This document shows, piece after piece, positions 10,689-19,083 of a stretch of DNA of 32,000 nt. How positions within the stretch are numbered: the first letter of the stretch is position 1; each line of letters begins with the position of its first letter. The stretch covers positions 840,001 to 872,000 of the forward strand of contig NC_000918.1 of assembly GCF_000008625.1 (NCBI RefSeq), read 5' to 3'. The notes below the pieces were generated by a model that saw only the letters and a program-made list of their open reading frames with translations, searched no databases and was not told the origin of the DNA. The position numbers were made by a program, and so were the translations under genes. Source of the DNA: Aquifex aeolicus VF5. GTDB lineage: Bacteria > Aquificota > Aquificia > Aquificales > Aquificaceae.

Positions 10689-11423
10689 TCACTTAAAAGC
10701 TTTCCTGAAAATTTCCCTTATGCCCAGGTATGCGAGGATAGAGCTTCCAGAAATTCCAGAGAAGAGAAGTGTGTAGAGAATTACTATCTGGAATAGGATA
10801 GCCTTTAGAGGACTCACCCCTGCAACAAGCAGTCCCACAGCAACACCCGGAATGTGGACAAGTCCCGCGGACTTTAGCCAGTTGAGCTTCGGGATAAGAG
10901 CCATTCTTATGCTGTCCCTTATCACGTCCTCACAAGCCTGAAGTAGCGTAGCCCCGAGGGCTACCTTTGCCTCTATCTCCTCCTTTCTGTTTTTTATCTC
11001 TCCCTTAATCCTGTCGTAGAACAAGGAAAGGGAGTTTAGGGTATTCCCTATTATCAACCCGCCGAAGGGTATAACCTCGTGGGGTTCAGGTTTTAAAACT
11101 TTCAGAAAAATCAAAAGGAGAATGGGAAAAGCGTAGGAAAAGGTTATTGAAAGGTAAACTACGGGAAAAAGTTTTAAGCTTTTTGACCTCTCCGTAAAAA
11201 TTACCGAAGCTATTAAAGTCATTATCGTAAAAACTAAAAACTGTGATGTTAAACTTTCTAGCTTAAGTATGTAGTGGAGTAAGTAAGCGAGTAAAAGCAA
11301 CTGAACAAGTGTTCTGAGGGAAGAGAGGAATATCTCCTTTTCAATACCGAGCCCTTCCCTGTGGGATATGGCAAGCGTCATGAGGACGAAAAGGTAGGAG
11401 TAAAGGTAAATCAAGTTTTCCAT
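10689..11423 (-). CDS. UPF0014 family ABC-type permease (FetB/YbbM-like putative iron exporter)
   Basis: Multi-TM protein. LGIEKEIFLSSLRTLVQLLLLAYLL, IPFGGLIIGN, LGATLLQACEDVIRDSIRMALIP and GLVHIPG align by eye with E. coli FetB. I prefer ATG 11423 (MENLIY...) over the track's TTG 11429. Confidence 0.8.
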   Translation of the reverse strand: MENLIYLYSYLFVLMTLAISHREGLGIEKEIFLSSLRTLVQLLLLAYLLHYILKLESLTSQFLVFTIMTLIASVIFTERSKSLKLFPVVYLSITFSYAFPILLLIFLKVLKPEPHEVIPFGGLIIGNTLNSLSLFYDRIKGEIKNRKEEIEAKVALGATLLQACEDVIRDSIRMALIPKLNWLKSAGLVHIPGVAVGLLVAGVSPLKAILFQIVILYTLLFSGISGSSILAYLGIREIFRKAFK

Positions 11424-11432
11424 AGGCAAGAA

Positions 11433-11438
11433 ATTATA
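11433..11438 (-). promoter_or_regulatory. -10 TATAAT 9 nt upstream of ATG 11423 (minus-strand gene)
   Basis: Minus strand reads TATAAT-TTCTTGCCT-ATG with no SD. Confidence 0.4.
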
Positions 11439-11445
11439 AGGGGCT

Positions 11446-11451
11446 TAAAAT
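11446..11451 (+). promoter_or_regulatory. -10-like TAAAAT 9 nt upstream of the PilZ gene ATG 11461
   Basis: TAAAAT-AATCCTTGT-ATG with no SD. It sits back-to-back with the minus-strand TATAAT 7 nt away. Confidence 0.4.
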
Positions 11452-11460
11452 AATCCTTGT

Positions 11461-12072
11461 ATGGAACTTTTGAGGGAGTTTTTAAGGAATTACGGGGAAA
11501 GGTTTAAAGAAGAGCTCGAGAACTTAGTAAAGAAGTACGTTCAGGGCGAAGAGGACGTCGTTCTTTTAAAAATGGATGAACGTTGTTTAATACTACCGTT
11601 TTTGAATGTAGGCGACTTTTTTTACATGAAAGCGAGAGAACTTACCGAGCCAGTGAAGTTGGAGGTTCTGCAAAAAAGAGACAGTGAAGTACTCGCAAGG
11701 GCAATATCTTACGAAGAGACCTATATAGAAAAGAGGCAGCACGTAAGAGTTCAGCCTGACAAACCCATACCCGTTTACATAAAGGAAAAGGACACCGTGG
11801 GAAGTATACTCGACATTTCCGTAGGCGGAATTGGTGTCTTTCTTAAAGAAAAGGTCGTAGAACCGGAAGAGGTGGTGACTCTCGAGTTTGAACTGGAAGG
11901 GGAGGAGATAAAAACAAAAGGGGAGTGCAGGTACACAATCCCCTACAGAGCGGGATACAGGGCTGGTTTTAAGTTCGTGGATCTCAGCACGAGGTACGAG
12001 AACATTATCGGAAGGTACGTTATGAAGAGACAGATGGAAATCCTCAAGGAGCTTAAAGAGAGTATGATATGA
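11461..12072 (+). CDS. PilZ-domain (c-di-GMP receptor) protein, YcgR-like two-domain layout
   Basis: 203 aa. RxxxR motif (R92-QHV-R96) and DxSxxG motif (D118-I-S-V-G-G123) at canonical spacing. The stop overlaps the flhA start (ATGA). Confidence 0.8.
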
Positions 12073-14105
12073 GGGGAAAAGAGTTCTGGATAATACTCGC
12101 GGTAGTATTAATCCTCTCCGCGATAATAATCCCTATACCCGCCCTTCTTCTGGATTTACTCCTCACCCTTTCAATAACCTTTTCCTTAACGGTTCTCCTT
12201 TTGACTTTTTTCATTAAAAACCCTCTTGAGTTCTCTTCATTTCCCTCAGTTTTGCTCCTCGGAACACTCTTGAGGCTTTCTCTCAACATAGCGGCGGCGA
12301 GGAGGATACTCCTTCACGGACACGAAGGAACGCATGCAGCTGGTAAAGTAATAGAAGCCTTCGGGAAACTCGTGGCTGGAGGGGACGTGGTAGTAGGTTT
12401 AATAGTCTTCCTGATATTCATAGTAATTAACTTCATAGTCATTACGAAGGGTGCGGAAAGGATTTCGGAAGTGGCGGCTAGGTTTACTCTGGACGCCCTT
12501 CCCGGAAAGCAGATGTCCATAGACGCGGATCTGAACGCAGGTCTCATAACGGAAGAGGAGGCAAAAAGAAGAAGGCAGGAACTCGAAAAGGAAGCCAACT
12601 TCTACGCAGCGATGGACGGTGCGAGCAAGTTCATAAGAGGAGACGCAATAGCGGCCCTGATAATCCTCTTCCTGAGTTTAGTGGGAGGACTGTTGATAGG
12701 GATAGGTATAAGGGGAATGGATCTGGCGAGTGCGGTAAAGACTTACACCATACTTTCCATAGGTGAAGGTCTGGCTTCTCAGGTTCCGGCCCTGCTCCTT
12801 TCAACAGCGGCAGGTGTTCTAACCACAAAGATGTCCTCAAGGGAAAACCTCGGAGAGGCTATCAGTGAGGAACTAACGAAGCAGCCAAGGGCACTTCTCT
12901 TTTCCGCAGGCGTTCTCGGTTTTATAGGTCTCATTCCCGGGCTTCCTACCCTTCCTTTCCTCGCTATGTCAGCAATCCTTGCCGGAGCTTACTACCTCGT
13001 TCAACAATCCCTGAAGGAAAGGGAGTTAAAGGAACTGGAAAAATTGGCACAGGAGAAGACTAAGGAAAAGGAAGAGGAAGGGGAAGAGTTGATTCCTCAG
13101 CCCGAGCCCATAACCCTTGAGATAGGCTACGCCCTCATCCCGCTCGTTGACGAGTCTCAGGGCGGACAGATACCGAAGAAGATAAAGAACTTGAGGAAGC
13201 AAATAGCGAAAGAGTACGGAGTGATCGTTCCCCTCATTCACATAAGGGATAACCTTAGGCTAAAACCAAACGAGTACAGGATACTGATAAAAGGTATTGA
13301 GATAGACAGGTACGAACTTATGCCCGGGCACTACCTCGCGGTGAACCTTGGAAACGCAAAAGGTCCAATAGAAGGAATAGAGACTTACGACCCCGCCTTT
13401 AAGATAAAGGCTTACTGGATTACGGAAGACAAAAAGGAAGAAGCTCAGAAGCTCGGTTACATGGTAGTGGACGCGGAAACGGTTTTAATCACGCACCTCT
13501 CGGAAGTGATAAAGAGGAACCTTCACGAACTCCTTACCAGAAACGAAGTAATGGAACTTATAGAAATGCTTTCTAAGAAGTATCCGAAAGTCGTAAAGGA
13601 AATAGTCCCGGAACAGGTTCCCATATCCATAATACACAGGGTTCTCCAGAATTTACTGAGGGAGGGCATACCCGTAAACGACCTGCTCACCATACTCGAA
13701 ACACTTGCGGACTACATAGAACAGACCAAAGACCCGGACCTCTTAACGGAGTATGTAAGGCAGGCACTCTCTAAACGCATAACAAGGATGTACCTTACCA
13801 ACGGAACTCTTTACGCAATAGCCCTGTCTCCGAAAGTAGAGGCTAAACTCGTGAAATTTTTAAAAGAGAACAGGGAAGACGAGTTCATAGACTACGTTCT
13901 GAATACACTCCTTCCGAAGATAAAGAACGAGATTGTCAAGTTTGCCCAGTACGGAGCTGTTCCGGTTTTGTTAACTTCCGGGGAAGTGAGGCGGTTTGTG
14001 AGAAAAACGATAGAGCCCTACCTTTCCGAACTTGCGGTTCTATCTTACAACGAACTAGAAAAGCAAGTTAATATAAAAATTATAGGTATAGTGGATGAAG
14101 ATTGA
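12069..14105 (+). CDS. flhA: Flagellar type III export apparatus protein FlhA
   Basis: 678 aa. N-terminal TM region with the FHIPEP-type loop ([31 protein letters not shown]). C-terminal cytoplasmic domain. Confidence 0.95.
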
Positions 14106-15216
14106 GAAAATAGAGGTAAACTCCTTACAGGAAGCTATAGAGATAGTGGAGAGGAGGTTTGGAGAAAACGCGGTAATACTTTCCTCAAGAGTTATTAGGA
14201 AAAACAGGTTTGGCTTTTTACCCATATTCAGGAAGAAGATACTGGAAGTAACAGTTGGTATTCGAGAAGAAGAGGACTTTAGAAAGGAATTTGAAAGGGA
14301 GAGGGAACTTATAAAAGAAATAGAAAACCTGAAAAAGATTGTAAACGAACTCATAAACAACGGAGAGGTCAAAGGGGAAAAAATCGTAGAAAAGGGTTCC
14401 GACACTTACGCGCCGAGAGTAAAAAGGTATTTGGAAAAGCTCGTTATAAAGAACATAAGTAAGAACATAGCGGAGAAGATAATTCAGGACGCATGCGGTT
14501 ACGATATAGACAACAAGATTTACGACTTCAAGGATGAACCTTACACTTCGTTGAGAGAAAGCATAGAGAAAAACATAAAACTGAATGAGGAGTTTATTCA
14601 AAACCCGCCGAAAGTTGTCGCTTTGGTTGGACCAACTGGTGTGGGGAAAACCACTACTCTTGCAAAGCTTGCCCACCTCTTCAAGAAGAACAAGAAGAAG
14701 GTAGGTATTATTTCCCTTGATTGTTTCAGAGTTGGGGCTTTTGAGCAGTTAAAAGCTTTTGCGGAAGTACTGGAAGTTCCCTTCAAACTTGCGGACTCGC
14801 CGAGAGCCTTTAACATTCAACTCCTCGAAATGGACGACAGGGATGTAATACTCGTAGATACCGCGGGAAGGAGTCATTACGATGTCATAAGACTCAAGGA
14901 ACTTGAAACGTATTTTAAAGTCTCCGACATAAGCGTATACCTCACACTTGCGGCGAACCTTTCCGAACTCGTCATGTACGAAGCCATAATGCAGTTTGGA
15001 ATGTTCTCTATAAGCGGGCTTATATTCACAAAGCTCGACGAGACACCTTATCCAGGGAGTATGGTAAACGTAGCCTACAGAACCCAGTATCCGGTTGTGT
15101 GCTTCACGATGGGGCAATCCATACCTGAAGACATTGTGGTTGCAAATTACGATTACTTAGTCCGATTAATCTTAGAGGATGAAGATGAAGTTAGACCAGC
15201 AACTCAACTTGCTTAA
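14095..15216 (+). CDS. flhF: Flagellar SRP-type GTPase FlhF
   Basis: 373 aa. G1 [13 protein letters not shown]3 DTAGR, G4 TKLDE. Located immediately after flhA. Confidence 0.92.
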
Positions 15217-16015
15217 ACATATGCTCGGAAAGAGCAAGGGCACGCGTTACATATCCGTGTCCAGCGGGAAAGGAGGTGTAGGGAAAACACTCGTCTCCAT
15301 AAACATAGGCGAGATATTATCGGAAAGGGGAAAGAGAGTTCTCATATTCGACGGAGACCTCGGGCTTAGTAACGTCCACTTGATGTACGGTATAGCTCCA
15401 ACCAAAGACCTGAGCGACCTAATAAAAGGCTTTGCTACAATAGAGGAACTTCCCGTAAAAGTAAACGAACACCTCTACTTCATATCAGGAGGTAGCGGCT
15501 TTCAGGAACTCGCAGACCTTCCGAAGGAGAGGTTAACGACGATAGTCCAAAAACTCTACGAGTACGCGGAAGACAACTTTGATTACGTCGTGATAGACAC
15601 ACCTCCGGGGATACATAGAACTACAGTTATGCTCACTTCCTGCGCGGACATACCTATAATACTTACCACCCCTGAGCCCACAGCGCTCATGGACGCCTAT
15701 GCACTCATAAAGGTGATAAACAGAGAAGAGGGAGTGGAGAACTTTTACGTGATAATAAACAAGGCGGACAGCTACGCGGAGGCAAAAGCTGTAGCGGAGA
15801 GCTTATCCTTAATGGTTATGAAGTACACAAACGCAAGAGTAAACTTCATCGGATTTATGCACTACAGGAAGAATTTAATAAGGAATGTGGTGGATCAGAA
15901 ACCAGTAGATAAGAACTTCAAGGAGGAGCTGAGGGAAGCGCTTATAAACCTCGACCTTGAAGTGAACGGAAAAGAAGGATTCTGGAGTAAAATACTCAAG
16001 AAGCTGGGCGTATGA
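15185..16015 (+). CDS. flhG: MinD/ParA-type ATPase FlhG (FleN/YlxH)
   Basis: Deviant Walker A SGKGGVGKT. N-terminal LDQQLNLLK resembles the DQAxxLR FlhF-activating motif. C-terminal amphipathic GFWSKILKKLGV. ATG 15185 has GAGG 6 nt upstream; ATG 15179 is an alternative start. Confidence 0.88.
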   Translation: MKLDQQLNLLKHMLGKSKGTRYISVSSGKGGVGKTLVSINIGEILSERGKRVLIFDGDLGLSNVHLMYGIAPTKDLSDLIKGFATIEELPVKVNEHLYFISGGSGFQELADLPKERLTTIVQKLYEYAEDNFDYVVIDTPPGIHRTTVMLTSCADIPIILTTPEPTALMDAYALIKVINREEGVENFYVIINKADSYAEAKAVAESLSLMVMKYTNARVNFIGFMHYRKNLIRNVVDQKPVDKNFKEELREALINLDLEVNGKEGFWSKILKKLGV

Positions 16016-16722
16016 AAAACCCTTACAGCAACCAAATAGAAAGAGAAGAATTAATACTGAAGTACCTGCCCTTAGTAAAGGCGATAGCGACAAACATAAA
16101 AAAACATCTGCCCGAAGACGTGGACATAAGGGATCTCATCAGTTATGGCGTTATAGGACTAATAAAAGCCGTAGACAATTTAAGCACGGAGAATCCTAAA
16201 AGAGCGGAGGCTTACATAAAACTGAGGATAAAGGGAGCCATATACGATTACCTCAGGAGCCTGGATTTTGGAAGCAGACAGGTAAGGGAAAAAGAAAGAA
16301 GGATTAAGGAAGTTGTGGAAAAACTGAAGGAAAAACTCGGAAGAGAGCCCACGGACGAAGAAGTAGCAAAGGAGCTCGGCATTTCCACAGAAGAGCTTTT
16401 TAAGACCCTTGATAAGATCAACTTTTCTTACATCTTGAGCCTTGAAGAAGTCTTCAGAGACTTTGCAAGGGATTACTCGGAACTCATACCGAGTTCAACG
16501 AACGTAGAAGAAGAAGTTATTAAGAGGGAACTCACGGAAAAGGTAAAAGAAGCGGTTTCAAAACTTCCCGAAAGAGAAAAACTCGTCATTCAATTGATTT
16601 TTTACGAAGAACTTCCCGCAAAGGAAGTTGCAAAAATTCTCGAAACCTCCGTTTCCCGTGTCTCTCAACTGAAGGCAAAAGCCCTAGAACGCTTAAGGGA
16701 AATGCTCTCTAATCCTCTATAA
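16012..16722 (+). CDS. fliA: Flagellar sigma factor sigma-28
   Basis: 236 aa. Sigma-70 family regions 2-4 (DLISYGVIGLIKAVDNL, ELGISTEEL, EVAKILETSVSRVSQLKAKALERLR). ATGA overlap with flhG. Confidence 0.9.
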   Translation: MKNPYSNQIEREELILKYLPLVKAIATNIKKHLPEDVDIRDLISYGVIGLIKAVDNLSTENPKRAEAYIKLRIKGAIYDYLRSLDFGSRQVREKERRIKEVVEKLKEKLGREPTDEEVAKELGISTEELFKTLDKINFSYILSLEEVFRDFARDYSELIPSSTNVEEEVIKRELTEKVKEAVSKLPEREKLVIQLIFYEELPAKEVAKILETSVSRVSQLKAKALERLREMLSNPL

Positions 16723-17266
16723 ATTCTTCGAGCTTTTCTTTGTGATTTTCGAACCACTTTTCCAAGGACTCCGTGTCGTACCCTCCGTTCTTTCCGAAGG
16801 TAAGCTCAAACTCTTCAAATCCCATGCCTTCAAGAATAGCTAGGATGTAGTACCTAACTCCTACGGGATCTTCAGGGTCCAGTTTATAGAGCATTTTGAG
16901 GACTTCAAGAGCCCTGTCTACGTCTCCCACTTCCCAGAACATTATCCCAGCTTCCAAAATCGCCTTTATTATGTGTCTGTTCGTTTCGTACTTCCACTCG
17001 AGCCTGTCGGGAAGGTTTCCATCTTCATCTTTAATGAGTTCCATAGCTTTGTTGAGGGCGTCTATTAGTATTTCTTCCGCCTCTTTTATGTGCCCTTCGT
17101 TTTCAAGGATTTCCGCAAGGTAGACGTAAGACTCAAGGTAGTAAGGGTCTTCCTGCATGAGCTTTTTAAGACTTGAGATTAACTTGGGTATGTCGTGCCT
17201 CTCTTCCTCTAAAACCCTCTGTAGTTTTTCCTGAGCTTCCCTCTTCTTGTCCACAAACACTCTCAT
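16709..17266 (-). CDS. TPR-like repeat protein, function unknown
   Basis: 185 aa. Helical repeats such as YLESYVYLAEILENEGHIKEAEEILIDALNKA and EVGDVDRALEVLKMLYKLDPEDP. Confidence 0.6.
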   Translation of the reverse strand: MRVFVDKKREAQEKLQRVLEEERHDIPKLISSLKKLMQEDPYYLESYVYLAEILENEGHIKEAEEILIDALNKAMELIKDEDGNLPDRLEWKYETNRHIIKAILEAGIMFWEVGDVDRALEVLKMLYKLDPEDPVGVRYYILAILEGMGFEEFELTFGKNGGYDTESLEKWFENHKEKLEEFIED

Positions 17267-17304
17267 AACTACACTTAAATAATTTATACAAATTCATTGT
17301 AGCT

Positions 17305-18801
17305 TTACTTGATGACGCAGAGCAAAAACTCTTCAAACCTCTTTTTTCTCTTTATATCAAGCATGAACTTGAAAAAACGGGACTCGGAACTCGTGTATAG
17401 CTCCCACTTTCTCACGGGCTCACAATCGAAGCTTCCCTTCCTCGCAAGGACTATTGCAGGCTTTTTCACTTCCTTGGTTCTCCTTATTATTACCCTGTCC
17501 GCGTAAAAGGGCAGGTTGTGATGGAAAAAGCCAAGTTCGTAAGTACGCAGTTCATTTTTTGGATCAAGCTTTCTTATCTCCTTTCCCACTTCCCTGTAGG
17601 GTCTGAACTGCTCAACGTAAGGGAGTATCACAGACGACAGGTAAAACAAGAAGGCAAAGGCCCCAAATGCGGGAAGGAGTTCGTACTTTTTAAGGAAGAA
17701 CGGAAGGAGCAATAAGGGTATCAAAGGAAAGAGAGTTGCTGAAAACTTAAAGTAAAGGGAAAGTGCCAAAGTTGCAAGAACGAGAACGGTCCATAGGAAG
17801 ATAAGGGAAAGGTTTTTTACTTTCTTTAAGCTTTGGGAGTTTAAAAAGTCCGCTGTAATTATAGCCATGGCCGGGTAGGCGGGCATGATGTAGACAGGTA
17901 TCTTCATCTTTACGATACTGAAAATCAGGAATATAAAGGAAAACCAGACGAGGGGAAAAGAGAGTTCCCTTCTTTTTTCTTTCAGAGCCCAGAAGAGGGC
18001 AAAGAAGAACAAAAAGGAATATGGCAGAAAAGAGACGTTTATATCAAGGGCGTAGAAGTAAAAGGGATCCCTCTGGAGTGCATAAATCCTCTTTACGTTT
18101 TCCTTTATAAAGACTTCTAGGAACTCCTCCCTGTGTACGAGGTACTGGTATAAAAACCACCAGCCGCTTAGAAGGAATACCATAAGAGTTCCGGCGTAGT
18201 ACTTAATCTTTAAAAGTTCCTTCGGAGCTCTCAGGAGCAGGTAAAAGAATACCACTCCTGCCGGAAGGACAAATCCGGCTGGACCTTTCGTCAGAACAGC
18301 CAAGGAAGAAGCAATTAAGGCAAGCCAAAAAAGAAATTCTTTCTTTCTCGTGAAGTACTCGTACCAGAGGTAAAGGGAAAGGGTTATGAAGAAGGTGAAG
18401 GGGACTTCCGGGGAGGCATAACGAGCGTTTGCGATAAAGATAAAGGAAAGAGATAGAATTAAAAAGGAAAGGAGAGCGGTGTTCTTACTTCCCGTAATCC
18501 TTCTGGCGAGGAGGTACGTGAGGACTCCAGTGAAAACTCCTAGAAGGGCATGGAAGAACCTGAGTCCGAGCTCGTTTACACCGAAAATCTTGTAACCTAA
18601 GGAAACTATCCAATAGGTCATAGGGGGTTTGTTCAGTCTGATCTCTCCGTTGTAAACTGGGGTCAAAAACTCCCCGCTCTTTAGCATGTTCTTTGCACTG
18701 TCCGCGTAAAAGGACTCGTTGGGCATCCACACCGCGTTATAACCGAGGTTGTAAAAGTAAAGGATAAGGACAGGAATTAAAACTAAGAGGAATTTTTTCA
18801 T
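17305..18801 (-). CDS. GT-C fold ArnT/PMT-like (GT83/GT39-type) membrane glycosyltransferase
   Basis: About 498 aa with many TM segments. N-terminal signature NESFYADSAKNMLKSGEFLTPVYNGEIRLNKPPMTYW. The ATG at 18801 overlaps the NIL gene stop (TGATG). Confidence 0.8.
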   Translation of the reverse strand: MKKFLLVLIPVLILYFYNLGYNAVWMPNESFYADSAKNMLKSGEFLTPVYNGEIRLNKPPMTYWIVSLGYKIFGVNELGLRFFHALLGVFTGVLTYLLARRITGSKNTALLSFLILSLSFIFIANARYASPEVPFTFFITLSLYLWYEYFTRKKEFLFWLALIASSLAVLTKGPAGFVLPAGVVFFYLLLRAPKELLKIKYYAGTLMVFLLSGWWFLYQYLVHREEFLEVFIKENVKRIYALQRDPFYFYALDINVSFLPYSFLFFFALFWALKEKRRELSFPLVWFSFIFLIFSIVKMKIPVYIMPAYPAMAIITADFLNSQSLKKVKNLSLIFLWTVLVLATLALSLYFKFSATLFPLIPLLLLPFFLKKYELLPAFGAFAFLFYLSSVILPYVEQFRPYREVGKEIRKLDPKNELRTYELGFFHHNLPFYADRVIIRRTKEVKKPAIVLARKGSFDCEPVRKWELYTSSESRFFKFMLDIKRKKRFEEFLLCVIK

Positions 18802-19043
18802 CACTCGGTGAATATTTGCCCTTCTATGGGTTGAACCTCCACTCCCTGTTTTTGTATAAAATCTATAGCCCTTTCTATTTCTTCCGCTTCACCGTCAATT
18901 TCAACAAGGAGAATTCCCGTGTCCTGTGAAACCTGTGCCCTCCTTATGTTTACTACAACGTCAAAGTTTTTACAAACCATACAAAGTACAGGCTCCTTGA
19001 CCTTTTCTTCAGGGTATATTAATTGAAGCCTTACCATGTTCAT
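18801..19043 (-). CDS. Stand-alone NIL-domain (ferredoxin-fold, MetN C-terminal-like) protein
   Basis: 80 aa. Pattern LIYPEEKVKEPVLCMVCKNFDVVVNIRRAQV...GILLVEIDGEAEEIERAIDFIQKQGVEV. Confidence 0.6.
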   Translation of the reverse strand: MNMVRLQLIYPEEKVKEPVLCMVCKNFDVVVNIRRAQVSQDTGILLVEIDGEAEEIERAIDFIQKQGVEVQPIEGQIFTE

Positions 19044-19069
19044 GATAAGTTTTATTGTAATTCAAAGGT

Positions 19070-19075
19070 TAAAAT
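19070..19075 (+). promoter_or_regulatory. -10-like TAAAAT 8 nt upstream of the gltX ATG
   Basis: TAAAAT-AAACTCTC-ATG with no SD. Confidence 0.4.
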
Positions 19076-19083
19076 AAACTCTC

